DNA of 64,000 bases from contig JASTWF010000034.1 of the NCBI GenBank assembly GCA_030390025.1, positions 4,526,001-4,590,000 of the forward strand, read 5' to 3'. The position numbers were made by a program, and so were the translations under genes. The DNA is from Squalus acanthias. Taxonomy: Eukaryota. The notes beneath the pieces were generated by a model. It made no database searches and was not told the DNA's origin. It saw nothing but the letters and a program-made list of their open reading frames with translations. This document shows, piece after piece, positions 11,563 to 22,537 of this stretch; the stretch's first letter is position 1, and the number at the start of each line of letters is the position of its first letter.

Positions 11563-12900
11563 TCACGTCATGTATCGTGACATAAACCCAAGATCCCGAT
11601 TGAGACCGTCTTCAAGAGTGCGGAACTTGGCTATCAGTTTCTGCTCGATGATTTTGCGTTGTCGTGTGTTTCTAAGGTTGCCTTGGAGAACGCTTACCCG
11701 CAGATCCGAGGCTGAATGTCCTTGACTGCTGAAGTGTTCCCCGACTGGGAGGTAACAATCCTGCCTGGCGATTGTTGCGCGGTGCTCGTTCATACGTTGT
11801 CTCAGTGTCTGCATGGTCTCGCCGATGTACCATGCCGCGGTGCATTCTTTCCTGCAACGTATGAGGTAGACAACGTTGGCCGAGTCACATGAGTATGTAC
11901 CATGTACCTGGTGGGTAGTGTCCTCACGTGTGATGGTGGTATCTGTGTTGATGATCTGGCATGTCTTGCAGAGTTTGCCATGGCAGGGTTGTGTGGTGTC
12001 GTGGTCGCTGTTATCCTGAAAGCTGGGTAATTTGCTGCGAACGATGGTACTTCTGAGGTTAGGCGGCTGTTTGAAGGCAAGTAGTGGAGGCGTGGGGATG
12101 GCCTTAGCGAGGTGTTTGTCGTCATCGATGACATGTTGAAGGCTGCGAAGAACATGTCGTAGTTTCTCCGCTCCGGGGAAGTACTGGACGACGTAGGGTA
12201 CCCTGTTGGTTGTGTCCCGTGTTTGCCTTCTGAGGAGGTCTATGCGATTTTTCGCTGTGGCCCGTCGGAACTGTCGATCGATGAGTCGAGCGTCATATCC
12301 CGTTCTTACGAGGGCGTTTTTCAGCGTCCGTAGGTGTCCATCGCGTTCCTCCTCGTCTGAGCAGATCCTGTGTATTCGCAGGGCTTGTCCATAGGGGATG
12401 GCTTCTTTAACATGGTTAGGGTGGAAGCTGGAGAAGTGGAGCATCGTGAGGTTGTCCGTGGGCTTGCGGTAGAGTGAAGTGCTGAGGTGTCCGTCTTTGA
12501 TGGAGATTCGTGTGTCCAGGAATGAGACCGATTCTGAGGAGTAGTCCATGGTGAGTTTGATGGTGGGATGGAACTTGTTTATGTTATCGTGTAGTCTTTT
12601 CAGTGATCCTTCGCCATGGGTCCAAAGGAAGAAAATGTCGTCGATGTATCTGGTGTACAGCGTTGGCTGGAGGTCCTGTGCAGCGAAGAAGTCTTGCTCG
12701 AACTTGTGCATGAAGATGTTGGCGTATTGGGGTGCGAATTTGGTCCCCATGGCTGTTCCGTGTGTTTGGGTAAAAAAATGGTTGTCGAAGGTGAAGACAT
12801 TGTGGTCAAGGATGAAGCGGATGAGTTGTAGGATGGCGTCTGGAGATTGGCTGTTGTTGATGTTGAGTACTGAGGCTGTTGCAGCGATGCCGTCATCGTG
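11563..12900 (-). pseudogene. 5'-truncated duplicate of the PLE ORF (RT C-terminal half + GIY-YIG)
   Basis: Near-identical to 8425-9762. The N-terminus of ORF 11563..13002 comes from the inverted segment. Confidence 0.9.
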
Positions 12901-14290
12901 ACCCATCGTACAGGGAACCCCCAGCTTCTGTCGCGACACTACAGACTTCTTACAGAAACTCAGCACCCACGGACCAGTTGAACCAGGAACACTCCTTGCC
13001 ACGATGGACGTATCGGATCCCGAAAGCTTTTTTAACCACTTTCTAAACCTGCCCTGATACCTTTAATGATTTGTGCATATATACCCCCAGGTCCCTTTGT
13101 TCCTGCACCCCCTTTAGAATTGTACCCTTTAGTTTCTCTTGCATCTCCTCGTTCTTCCTACCAAAATGTATCATAGAGTTATCGTCACCACTTCGCACTT
13201 TTCTGTTTTAAATTTCATCTGCCACGTGATAACCAGGGAAAGAGTAGTGCCCATTAGGGACCAAAGTGGCAATCTGTGTGTAGAGCCGGAAGATGCAGGT
13301 GAGGTTTTAAATGAATATTTTGCCTCTGTGTTCGCTATCATCCCGCTCCCACGCGCCTATCCCCCAAGCATATCTATCAGCGGAGATCCGACCTGAACGG
13401 CAGAGGCGGGCGAGCCAATTTAAATTATTATTAGCTGTTTGTCAGACCTTTAAGAGTGGCTTTAACCTTAACCTTAAATTTAACTGGATGGACATGGGAA
13501 ACACGCTGCTCGGGAACCACATCTGTCAACCTGAGGCAGGATTTCAGTTGCCATTACTCCAGCTGATTACTTGACAGCATCAAATGTATAGCAAAACTCG
13601 AACCTGACAGCTGATACTTTCCTCAGCAGAGCTGTTTCTCACTGCATTCTCAGCACAGATTCTGCAGGTTAGAGCCTTTCCAGCAAAGTTTCCATCCAGT
13701 GTCACCTCATTGGGAGAATCTCTCTCACTATTGACAGATTGCTTCTGTCATCTCTACTTCACCTGCCATCTATTCCATCAGCATGGATGCCGTTTATACT
13801 GTCTCACCTTGGTCCTTAGAATCTGACCACGATGAGCCCCAACACCAGCAGCATCAGGCACACCAGCAGCACCAACAACAACACCACCAACCTTCTCCGC
13901 AATCACTTGATGCTGCAGAGGACAGAGCGCATCAGCACCCGAGCACATTGCTGTCCCGCAGACCAGGGCTGGCCTCACCATGGAGAGATTTACTTCACTT
14001 GACGCTGTTCACCCTTGCAGCTGCCACATGATGCTCCAGGTTGGCACCACCCCACAGCAACACCGTAAAGCATCCCTGCAATGACCAAGCCGTTCCTTTC
14101 ACACTCACCACCATTGCTGGAGGTACCGTTATGTCTCACCATTCACTGTATCTCATTAATCCACTTGCAAAGGTGCACACACATCTGTCCAAGACCGGAA
14201 AGTGTTGAAAATATGGATTTTGATGTTTGACAGTACATTAACGGAAACTTTATATAAACATTCGATAAAACACCCAAGTGGCTACCCTTG

Positions 14291-15016
14291 TGAATTATAC
14301 CTGTGTACGAAAGACTGATACTTGTATGTTTTTTGTAATAACATGTATAAGTGTGAGTGTAGAATAGTGAACTTCACATTAACCAAATATCCATATTGAG
14401 TGTGAACTTTAATGACTTGTGCATAAATTGCTGAGGCTTGCTCCAAATGTAACTGCAAAGACAGCCAGGACTAGTCATGACTGGCTCTGATAACGGACAG
14501 TATCGCAGCTGACGCAGCTTATGAGGCCTTGTACTGCCTGTACCAGGGAAGCTAGAAATGAGAGAGATAAGGTCAATTCCAATGGGGTGAAGAACTATAA
14601 ACAAGATGACGATGAACAGGGTAAAGTTGTAGGACAAATACTGGAAAGGCGGGGCCAGGATGCTAAAATTAGTCTGAGTGACAATGGTGTTTTGACCATT
14701 ACAACCTATTAAAATAGGTGATTTTGTTAAAGGCCATATAGGGACAATGCCCAAAACATATGGGTTAAAACCTTGACACTCGAAAAACAACTTTACACAG
14801 ACCTACTGCAAGAACAAAGGAACGGACTGAAGACGACGTCACTTGTGTCCGAGAGGTTCCAGAGTCCAAGGGCTGCGAGCTACTCGTTAAACTATCGCCT
14901 GCTGTTCAGTCTATTACGCTGTAAGCTTAATAAATCTTTATCTATTGCTCAAATACACTGGCCGCTTCCTATTGGTGTCTTCTCCAAGGCATCTGGGAGA
15001 TCATAGAGATCTTACA
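14291..15016 (+). mobile_element. Solo LTR (726 bp) with a 4-bp TSD
   Basis: Starts TG and ends CA. It is flanked by CTTG at 14287-14290 and 15017-15020. AATAAA at 14929-14934. Confidence 0.7.
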
Positions 15017-16318
15017 CTTGTGTGTCATCTTTCTCTTCTGCATGTATCTACGAGGAGCTAGCCCTGTGGCTTCAGCAGAGGTAGAGGCAGCCTGCTCACT
15101 TCCCTGCTGCCAAGGAGGTGGAGAGCACCTTGCTGCACAGAAGTGAGGCCATGAGGACCCACGTCTATGCTGACATCACTCTTAGAGAGGAGGTCTATGA
15201 GCCTCTGCCATCTATTCTCTATTGGTCATGATGTGGAGATGCCGGCGTTGGACTTGTGTGGACAAAAATGAGAAGTCGCACAACACCAGGTTATAGTTCA
15301 ACAGTTTTATTTGAAATCACAAGCTTTCGGAGTTGCTGACGAAGGAGCAGCAGCAGCTGCAGAGTGGTGGTCTCTGTGACCAGGAAGAGGAGAAGGAGAA
15401 GGAGACCAGACAGCAGACCACCACCAACAACCATCCACAACCACAACTGAGGTGCCTCGAGAGAGAGGACAGGAGAGGAGAAAGAAAAGAAAGGAAGGCC
15501 AAGGCCATTAACACCAGAGGAGAGGCCTTTCCACACTGCCTCCTCAATTGGCCTCCATTTTAGGAGAGGGAGAGAGGGGAGAAAACAACACAACATCCAT
15601 CAACTGTTTGGAAGGAGGAAGGAAGGAAAGAACAACAGCTACAGGTGGGTGTGATTCTGGTGCACTCTCCCAGAGACTTTGTTTTGTAGGTGGGGGGAGG
15701 AAAGAAGAAAAGAAGAGGGCCGGAACATCCAAGGGGTGTGTGTGTGTGTGTGTGTGACTTCTGTAAAAGCTAGGCCGCACACACCATATTAAACACCCCC
15801 ATCCCATTGCCTGACCTGGGACAGCTGGAGCTGCCTAGGTGAAGTCCCCAATTAATTTAATCTTATTGGGCATCGTTAAGACCTGGTGCAGGACTGAGCC
15901 TGGGCATCTCCAGCTATCCCAGGTGAAGACATCTTCTCCCCCCACCAGAAGACCACCACCAAAGACTTTTATTACATCGGAGAGTGCACCCCCCTGCCAA
16001 CACCCACCCACCCACCATCCTGAGTGGCGACCCTGCCCTTGCGGCTTCCCTCCTTCCCACCCCCCCCTCTCTCTCTCTCTTTGTCTCTTGTCTCTCTCTG
16101 CCTCTCTCTCTAAGAGGCACCTCAATCTATTTTAATTAAGTACCTATTGAGCAGAGAGGAGAAGGCCCCTCTCCCAATTAATTCATATAAAGGGAGAGGT
16201 GTGCCTTCAATTTAAGAGCTCCCTCTGCTCAGGGGAAAACAGAAACAAAAAACCGAGGACATTAACACCTTCAGGCCTGTGACTTGGGGTGAGTGTAGCC
16301 CTTAAAGACCAACCCATC

Positions 16319-18472
16319 ATGGCGACCACATCTTCGCCGGTGGCGGGGGCAGCGATGACATACGCAAGCGTGGCAGCCGCGGCCACGGCCGCAGCCACGA
16401 GTCCTCCTGTTACCCCGTCACCTTTTACCCTCCTTACGAGGAAGAATTGGGTCAAGAGCTACACTCACCCCAATATGACAATAGAGGCGTGCGTAAAAGC
16501 CATGGCTGGGGTTGTCGGCCCTTCAGCCATCGTCGCCGCCTCTAAAATGTACGGCAAGGCTGTGTTCTTCCTAGGGTCGGAGCGGGCGGTGTCCCTGGCC
16601 ATCGAGAAGGGGCTCACCGTGGGCGGGACCTTCCTGCCGGTGGACCCCCTTGAGGCCACCGCGCAAAGGATTGTGGTTTCCAACGTCCCGCCCTTTGTTC
16701 CGGGTGAGCTCCTCCTCCCCCACCTACGTCAACTGGGGGAGGTGAGGTCGGGGATCACACCCATCCCGCTCGGCTTCCGGGAAGCCAGCCTTCGGCACGT
16801 CTTCTCCTTCCGGCGCCAGCTTTTCGTCCGGCTGGCGCGGGAGGAGGACGCGGATGGCGCGTTCACGGTGCTCCACGGGGGGACCGCCCACCGCGTCTTC
16901 TGGACCTCGGACGGCGTGCGGTGCTACGCCTGTAAGGAGGTGGGGCACGTCCGCAAAAACTGCCCCGCCTCCAAGGCCGCCACGACACCTGGCGCGGCCA
17001 GGGTTGGCGCCGCCGCCCCCCCTCCCCCTGATACTGTCCGCGCGTCGACGGCGACGGTTGCGCGGTCGAAATCGGAGGCCAACACCACCACGGCCTCCGG
17101 CGGGGAGGAGGGAGAGCGTCCGGGGGGAAGGAAGGCGCGTAGGAAAAATAAACACCGAAGGGCGGATCCCCTCGCGGAGGAAACATCAGAGTTGACCGAA
17201 CTCACGCCCGAGTACATCGCGGAGTTGGTCGGGACGCATGAGATTGGGGGGGTCCTCGTGCCCGGGCCCGTGACCGTGACCGCAACTGCTGAGGCAGCTA
17301 AATGAAGACCTGCGGCCGGGCTCGGGCCCGAGGGGCCCAAGAAACCCAGTCGTCGGAAGGGGGCAGAGAGGGAGGCCCCAGCAGACATGGAGGCCTCCCC
17401 CTCTCCGGGCCCCAACTTGTTAAAAAGAAAGCTCCGCCCCCAGCAGGAGGACTGCGAGGAGGAAGGTCCCTCCGCAAAAGGGGGGCAGTCGCCCGCCGCG
17501 GGTGCTGCGCCCCACCCCACCACCGTCATCGTCGCGTGCGATCGGCAGGGGTCGTCTGTCCCTCGGGAGGGTGAGACAGCCGAGTCTGTCCGACCTGTGC
17601 CTCCCGGGGATGGGGAAGAGACCCTGCCCGTGGGGGGGGGCGCGGAACAACCCGCGGAGGGAAATGTAGTTCCGGAACCGTTGCTCCTCGCCGGGTCGGG
17701 CGTCCTGGGGACTGGGGCGGGTGAGGCCAGAGAGGCTGAAGCCGAGCCCGCCTTTTATAACCCAGATATCTCCCAGGGACTGCTCGACCTGGTGGAGGAT
17801 TATAACAATCCCCAGCCCGCTGGGTCGGAGGTTGGTGGCGGTGAAACAGAAAGCCCCCTGACTCCGTCTCTGATGTTGGCGCCGGACGTACTGGAGGAAT
17901 TTGAGATTATTTTCTCCCCGGTTTCTCCGGTCGCTCCGGCGCCTGAGGCGGGGGGGGGCCCCGAACCGCCGCCGCCTCCCGGCCCGGCGCCCCTGAAGGA
18001 GCCCAGGGTGGACTCCTCTGCCACCGATCCTGGGGGTGGGATCGTGACGGAGGCGGGGCCGGCCGGTGCGGCCGAGCCGTTCGCTGCACCCCGTGTGACG
18101 GACGGGTTGGCAGCTGGTGACGACCTCCCGGAGGAGGACGGGGACTCGGTGTTGGGCACCGAGGACGATTTGGAGTCCATCAGCAGCGAGGCGATGGACG
18201 CCCTCGTGCCCTTCACCGACTCTCCCCTCATCCCCGTAGGGGAACTCCGGGATTTTATGGCCATGAGCCAGGGTCGTCACAAGAAGATCCGGCTGGCCCT
18301 CGACAAGTGGTCGGAGCTGGCGCTGCTCGTCGTGTCCGTCCGCGCCGCCGTTAAAATCATGGGCGCGGACAAGGACGTTGGCCGGCTCGAGCTGCGTCGG
18401 CTCAAGAGTTTCCACACTGGGCTGCTGAGGGAGTGGCGGTCGTCAGTGACCGCGCTCCCTCCCCTCCGTTAG
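16319..18472 (+). pseudogene. Tx1 ORF1 (gag-like, CCHC knuckle) with one in-frame TGA at 17303-17305
   Basis: ORFs 16289..17305 and 17387..18472 are in the same frame with no other stop between them. Motifs ASKMYGKAVFF, SNVPPF, SFRRQ and CYACKEVGHVRKNC. Confidence 0.85.
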
Positions 18473-18497
18473 GTAGAGGTTGCACTATGCTTCTGAG

Positions 18498-21400
18498 ATG
18501 AAGATAACCATAGCCAGCCTCAACATCAACGGCAGCAGGGAGGCGCACCGTAGATTCAATAACTTCTCGGTCCTTCGGGACGGGAAATATGCGGTGTGCT
18601 TCCTGCAAGAAACCCACACCGTTCCGGGAGACAAGGCCACGTGGCTCCTGGAGTGGCAAGGAGGGGTCAGCATGAGTCACCTCTCCAACAATTCCTGCGG
18701 GGTGGCTGTCTTGCTGGCCCCGCATTTTCAGCCAGAGATCTTGAGGGTCAAGGAGCACGTGCCGGGCCGCTTGCTCCAGGTCACTGTTCGCCTGGGAGGC
18801 GTGCCGCTCCATTTAGTGAACGTGTACGCCCCCCGGACCGGTGCGCAGCAAGTGCGCTTCTTCGGAGAAGTGTCTGCTCTTCTGGGCTCCATCGACGTGG
18901 GCGAGTGCGTCATCCTCGGGGGGTATTTCAATTGTACCCTCGAGGCGCGGGACCGGTCGGGTCCCCCGCGAAGCCCGGCGGCGATGGAGAAGTTGCGGGA
19001 CCTGGTCGGGTCCTTCGACATGGTGGACGTCTGGCGAAATCTCCATCCCGACTCCAGCGCCTTCACGAGCGTGAGGTCTGGAGGAGGAAGGTCCAGAATC
19101 GACTGCCTTTACATTTCCCGGGCGTACGTCTCCTGCGTTCCGGCGGCTTCCATGCGGCCGGTGCCGTGCACGGACCACCACCTGGTGTGGGCGGAGCTCG
19201 CTCCGCTGCGCGCGCGGGGGGGGTCCGCGTACTGGCATTTTAACAACCTGCTGCTGGAGGACGCGCGGTTCCGGGATTCGTTTCGCCGGTTCTGGGCCGA
19301 CTGGAGAAGGAAGCGGGGAGGCTTCCCCTCCTTGAGGCTATGGTGGGACGTGGGCAAGGCTCACGTCCGCGTCTTCTGTCAGGAGTACGCGAAGGGGTCG
19401 ACCAAGAGGCGGGAGGCCTGGGTCGGGCGATTGGAGAAAGAAGTGCTCGACCTGGAGTCCCGTCTCGGTCAAGCCGTCGAGGACCCGGCCCTGCGGAAGG
19501 TGTACGAAGAGAAGAAGGGCGCGCTGAAGGACCTGCAGCTGGTCGGGTCCCGAGGCGCGTGTGTGAGGTCGCGGACCCAGTTCCTGCGGGACCTGGACCG
19601 CGGCTCCCCCTTCTTCTACTCGCTGGAAAAAAGACGGGGGGTCCGTAAGCAGCTCTTGGGGCTGCTGGCCGACGACGGATCTCTGGTCTCGGATCCGGAG
19701 GGCATCAGCGCGGAGGCCCGGGCCTATTACGGGGCTCTGTTCTCTTCGGATCCGTCCAGCGAGGATGCGCGCAGAGTTTTGTGGGAGGACCTGCCGAAGG
19801 TCGGCCCGGAGGGCGCCGAGAATTTAGAAGCTCCGCTAAGCCTGGCGGAGCTGACCGGCGCCCTGCGCCAGCTCTCGAGGGGCAAGTCCCCGGGGCTGGA
19901 CGGGCTGACCGTGGAGTTCCACAGGGCGTTCTGGGACGTCTTGGGGGACGACTACGCGCGGGTCCTGGGGGAAAGTCTGGCGACCGGGGAGATGCCCCTC
20001 TCTTGGCGCAGGGCAGTCATCGTCCTGCTGCCCAAGAAGGGCGATCTCCGCCTACTTAAGAACTGGCGCCCGGTCTCCCTCCTCAGCACGGACTACAAAA
20101 TTTTCGCCAGGGCTATGTCTGCTCGCCTTGGCACCGTGCTGGCCCGCATGATCCACCCCGACCAGTCCTACACGGTCCCGGGCCGGAGTATCCACGATAA
20201 CATCCATCTGGTCCGGGACCTGGTCCACCATTCCCAGAGGGCTGGTCTGTCGGTCGCCTTCCTTTCCCTGGATCAGGAGAAGGCGTTCGACAGGGTGGAT
20301 CACGAGTATCTTTTCGGGACTCTGCGCGCATTCGGGTTCGGGACGCATTTCGTCGCCCGGATCCGACTTCTGTACGCCGCCGCGGAGTGTCTCATTAAAG
20401 TTAACGGGTCTTTGACGGCGCCCCTTCGCTTCGGGAGGGGGGTGCGTCAGGGATGCCCCATGTCCGGTCAGTTATACGCTGTTTGCGTGGAGCCTTTCCT
20501 GCGCCTCTTGCGGAAGAGGTTGACGGGACTGGCTCTGCAAGGGCCGGGCGTGGATGTGGTCCTCTCGGCTTACGCCGATGACGTGCTCCTCGCGGTCACG
20601 GATCCCGTCGACTTGCGGAGGATGCGAGAATGCCAGCAGATTTACTCGGACGCATCCTCCGCCAAGATCAACTGGGAGAAATGTTCTGGACTCCTGGTGG
20701 GCCCATGGCAGGTGGAGTCCCTGCCGGAGGAGTTCGGGCCTTTCGCCTGGAGCACCACGCACCTCCTCTACCTGGGAGTCTACCTCAGCCCGGCCGAGGA
20801 CGCCTGGCCGGCGAACTGGCAAGAGCTGGAGGCCAAAGTCACCGCTCGCCTAGGGAGCTGGACAGGACTGCTCCGAGTGTTGTCCTACAGGGGTCGAGCG
20901 CTGGTCATAAACCAGCTGGTGGCCGCCATGTTGTGGTACCGGTTGGTCACTTTGATCCCTCCCCCTGCGTTTGTCGCCAAGGTGCAGAAGAAGCTCGTCG
21001 ACTTCTTCTGGGACAAAAGGAAGCACTGGGTCTCTGCCGCGGTTTTGAGTCTCCCGCTTAGGGAGGGCGGTCAGGCGCTGGTGTGCCTTCGCACCCAGGC
21101 GGCGACTTTCCATCTTCAGACGCTGCAGAGATACCTGTACGTGGAGAATCCTCCTAGGTGGCGTGCGCTGGCAACGTATTTCTTCCGCCAGCTGCACGGC
21201 CTCAATTACGACACGCAGCTCCTGTTTGTGAGAGTGGGTGGCACGCATGCCAGCCTGCGGGAGCTGCCTGTCTTCTACCAGGAACTGCTATGGGTTTGGA
21301 ACAGCGTCGCCTCCGAGCGCAGTTCTCCCCCATCAGGAGCGGCGGCCGTCCTTCGGGAGCCGCTGTTCAGGAATCCGCACCTCCACGACCGCGTTTTCGG

Positions 21401-22397
21401 CTGGCTGGCGGAGGGCAGGGCTGTGCCCGGTAAGGTGACCAGAGTCGGGGACCTGCTCGATGGCGGAGGAGTGGGCTGGATGGCGCCAGAGGAGTTGGCG
21501 AGGCGCATGTCCTGGGTCTACGTCCGGCTCGCGGTCAAAGCCATCGAGTTGCTAAAAGTGGCACTGGGCCCCGTCTCCACTAGGTGTGTCGAGGAGGCTC
21601 AAGCACGTGGGGCGATCCCGTCCGAACTGACCCCCGTTCGGACGGAATTCCTTATCGGCGCCCGGCCCCGAATCCTCCCTCGGGAGCCGCCGCCTCACCA
21701 CTTGAGCCTTCTCGGAGAAATGCCCTCCGTGCCCTTTCAATCCGCACGGAGGCGTTTCCTGTACGGGCTGCTCCTGCACACTCTCCACTTTGCCATCTTC
21801 GTCTGCCGTCCGGACACGCCTTGGCGTACCATCCTGCCGTCCGGCGGAGGCGAAGGTCCCCATTGGAAGGCTCTCTACGCGGGAGTCTTCCCTTGTTCTA
21901 TTGGGGACTTGGCCTGGAGGGTGTTGCACGGAGCAGTCCCGTGCAATAGGATTTTAAGTAGGTTTACGGACTCCCAGGCTGCTTGCCATTTCTGCGGCCT
22001 GGAGGAGTCCGTCTATCACATTTATATTGAGTGTGAGAGGTTGCAGCCCCTCTTTCATTATTTGAAGGGGCTGCTCCTCAATTTCTGGTTGCACTTCAGC
22101 CCCACGCTCCTGATCTACGGTCACCCGGTGCGGAGGGGAGCGGGTAGGTCGGAGGACCTCCTCGTAGGACTGCTCCTGGGCCTTGCCAAGAAAGCCATTA
22201 ATTGGTCCAGGCAGCGGGCGGTCGAGGGGGTCGTTCGGCCCGATTGCCTGCCTCTCTTCCGCGGCCATGTTCGCGCCCGGGTGGCCCTGGAGATGGAGCA
22301 CGCGGTGTCCGCCGGCACGCTTGAGTTTTTCCGCGACCGGTGGGCGCCGCGGGGGCTGGAGTGCATCGTCACGCCGGACTTCCAAATTTTGATTTGA
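18498..22397 (+). CDS. Tx1 ORF2: APE endonuclease + reverse transcriptase + C-terminal CCHC, 1299 aa
   Basis: Motifs SLNING, LQETH, NVYAP, GGYFN, SRID, TDHH, SPGLDG, NWRPVSLL, DQEKAFDRV, GVRQGCPMS, YADD and CHFCGLEESVYHIYIEC. The frame is open throughout. Confidence 0.93.
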   Translation: MKITIASLNINGSREAHRRFNNFSVLRDGKYAVCFLQETHTVPGDKATWLLEWQGGVSMSHLSNNSCGVAVLLAPHFQPEILRVKEHVPGRLLQVTVRLGGVPLHLVNVYAPRTGAQQVRFFGEVSALLGSIDVGECVILGGYFNCTLEARDRSGPPRSPAAMEKLRDLVGSFDMVDVWRNLHPDSSAFTSVRSGGGRSRIDCLYISRAYVSCVPAASMRPVPCTDHHLVWAELAPLRARGGSAYWHFNNLLLEDARFRDSFRRFWADWRRKRGGFPSLRLWWDVGKAHVRVFCQEYAKGSTKRREAWVGRLEKEVLDLESRLGQAVEDPALRKVYEEKKGALKDLQLVGSRGACVRSRTQFLRDLDRGSPFFYSLEKRRGVRKQLLGLLADDGSLVSDPEGISAEARAYYGALFSSDPSSEDARRVLWEDLPKVGPEGAENLEAPLSLAELTGALRQLSRGKSPGLDGLTVEFHRAFWDVLGDDYARVLGESLATGEMPLSWRRAVIVLLPKKGDLRLLKNWRPVSLLSTDYKIFARAMSARLGTVLARMIHPDQSYTVPGRSIHDNIHLVRDLVHHSQRAGLSVAFLSLDQEKAFDRVDHEYLFGTLRAFGFGTHFVARIRLLYAAAECLIKVNGSLTAPLRFGRGVRQGCPMSGQLYAVCVEPFLRLLRKRLTGLALQGPGVDVVLSAYADDVLLAVTDPVDLRRMRECQQIYSDASSAKINWEKCSGLLVGPWQVESLPEEFGPFAWSTTHLLYLGVYLSPAEDAWPANWQELEAKVTARLGSWTGLLRVLSYRGRALVINQLVAAMLWYRLVTLIPPPAFVAKVQKKLVDFFWDKRKHWVSAAVLSLPLREGGQALVCLRTQAATFHLQTLQRYLYVENPPRWRALATYFFRQLHGLNYDTQLLFVRVGGTHASLRELPVFYQELLWVWNSVASERSSPPSGAAAVLREPLFRNPHLHDRVFGWLAEGRAVPGKVTRVGDLLDGGGVGWMAPEELARRMSWVYVRLAVKAIELLKVALGPVSTRCVEEAQARGAIPSELTPVRTEFLIGARPRILPREPPPHHLSLLGEMPSVPFQSARRRFLYGLLLHTLHFAIFVCRPDTPWRTILPSGGGEGPHWKALYAGVFPCSIGDLAWRVLHGAVPCNRILSRFTDSQAACHFCGLEESVYHIYIECERLQPLFHYLKGLLLNFWLHFSPTLLIYGHPVRRGAGRSEDLLVGLLLGLAKKAINWSRQRAVEGVVRPDCLPLFRGHVRARVALEMEHAVSAGTLEFFRDRWAPRGLECIVTPDFQILI

Positions 22398-22501
22398 TTT
22401 ATTAAGTTTCATTTAAAGTTTTAATTGATTTACAGTAAATTTTGATTTGTCCAACCAAAAAGAGCAACACCAGGTTATAGTCCAATAGATTTATTTAAAA
22501 T

Positions 22502-22537
22502 TACAAGCTTTCGGAGCTGTCGCCCCTTCCTCAGGTA
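22502..22537 (-). ncRNA. Minimal hammerhead ribozyme (PLE family 2, minus arm)
   Basis: Minus strand reads UAC-CUGAGGA-A-GGGGC GACA GCUCC-GAAAGCUU-GUA. Confidence 0.8.

Larger units (their letters stand above)
8001..13016 (-). mobile_element. Penelope-like element family 1: full-length unit plus a 5'-truncated upstream tandem unit and a short 5' inversion
   Basis: 8001-9762 is repeated at an offset of 3138 bp (11139-12900). 12901-13016 is the reverse complement of 9783-9898. The element interrupts a minus-strand CR1 fragment (7941-8002 / 13015-13227). Confidence 0.95.
15281..22464 (+). mobile_element. Full-length Tx1-clade (L1 group) non-LTR retrotransposon
   Basis: ~1-kb 5'UTR containing (GT)n and (CT)n, ORF1 with a zinc knuckle, ORF2 with APE-RT-CCHC, and a short T-rich 3'UTR ending ccaaccaaaaagag. 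The body is GC- and CpG-rich. Confidence 0.92.

Noticed and set aside
11563..13002. 479-aa ORF as a novel protein with a distinct N-terminus
   Set aside because: The first ~34 residues are antisense RT sequence from the 5' inversion, in frame by chance and starting at a non-ATG codon.
15281..15332. Simple 52-bp TSD of the Tx1 element
   Set aside because: It differs from the right copy at five positions, three of which match the other PLE subfamily. It is treated instead as element-borne sequence (see finding), although a diverged TSD cannot be fully excluded.
16465..22412. Numerous overlapping and antisense ORFs within Tx1, e.g. 17420..18415
   Set aside because: Shadow ORFs of GC-rich coding sequence with no recognisable motifs.
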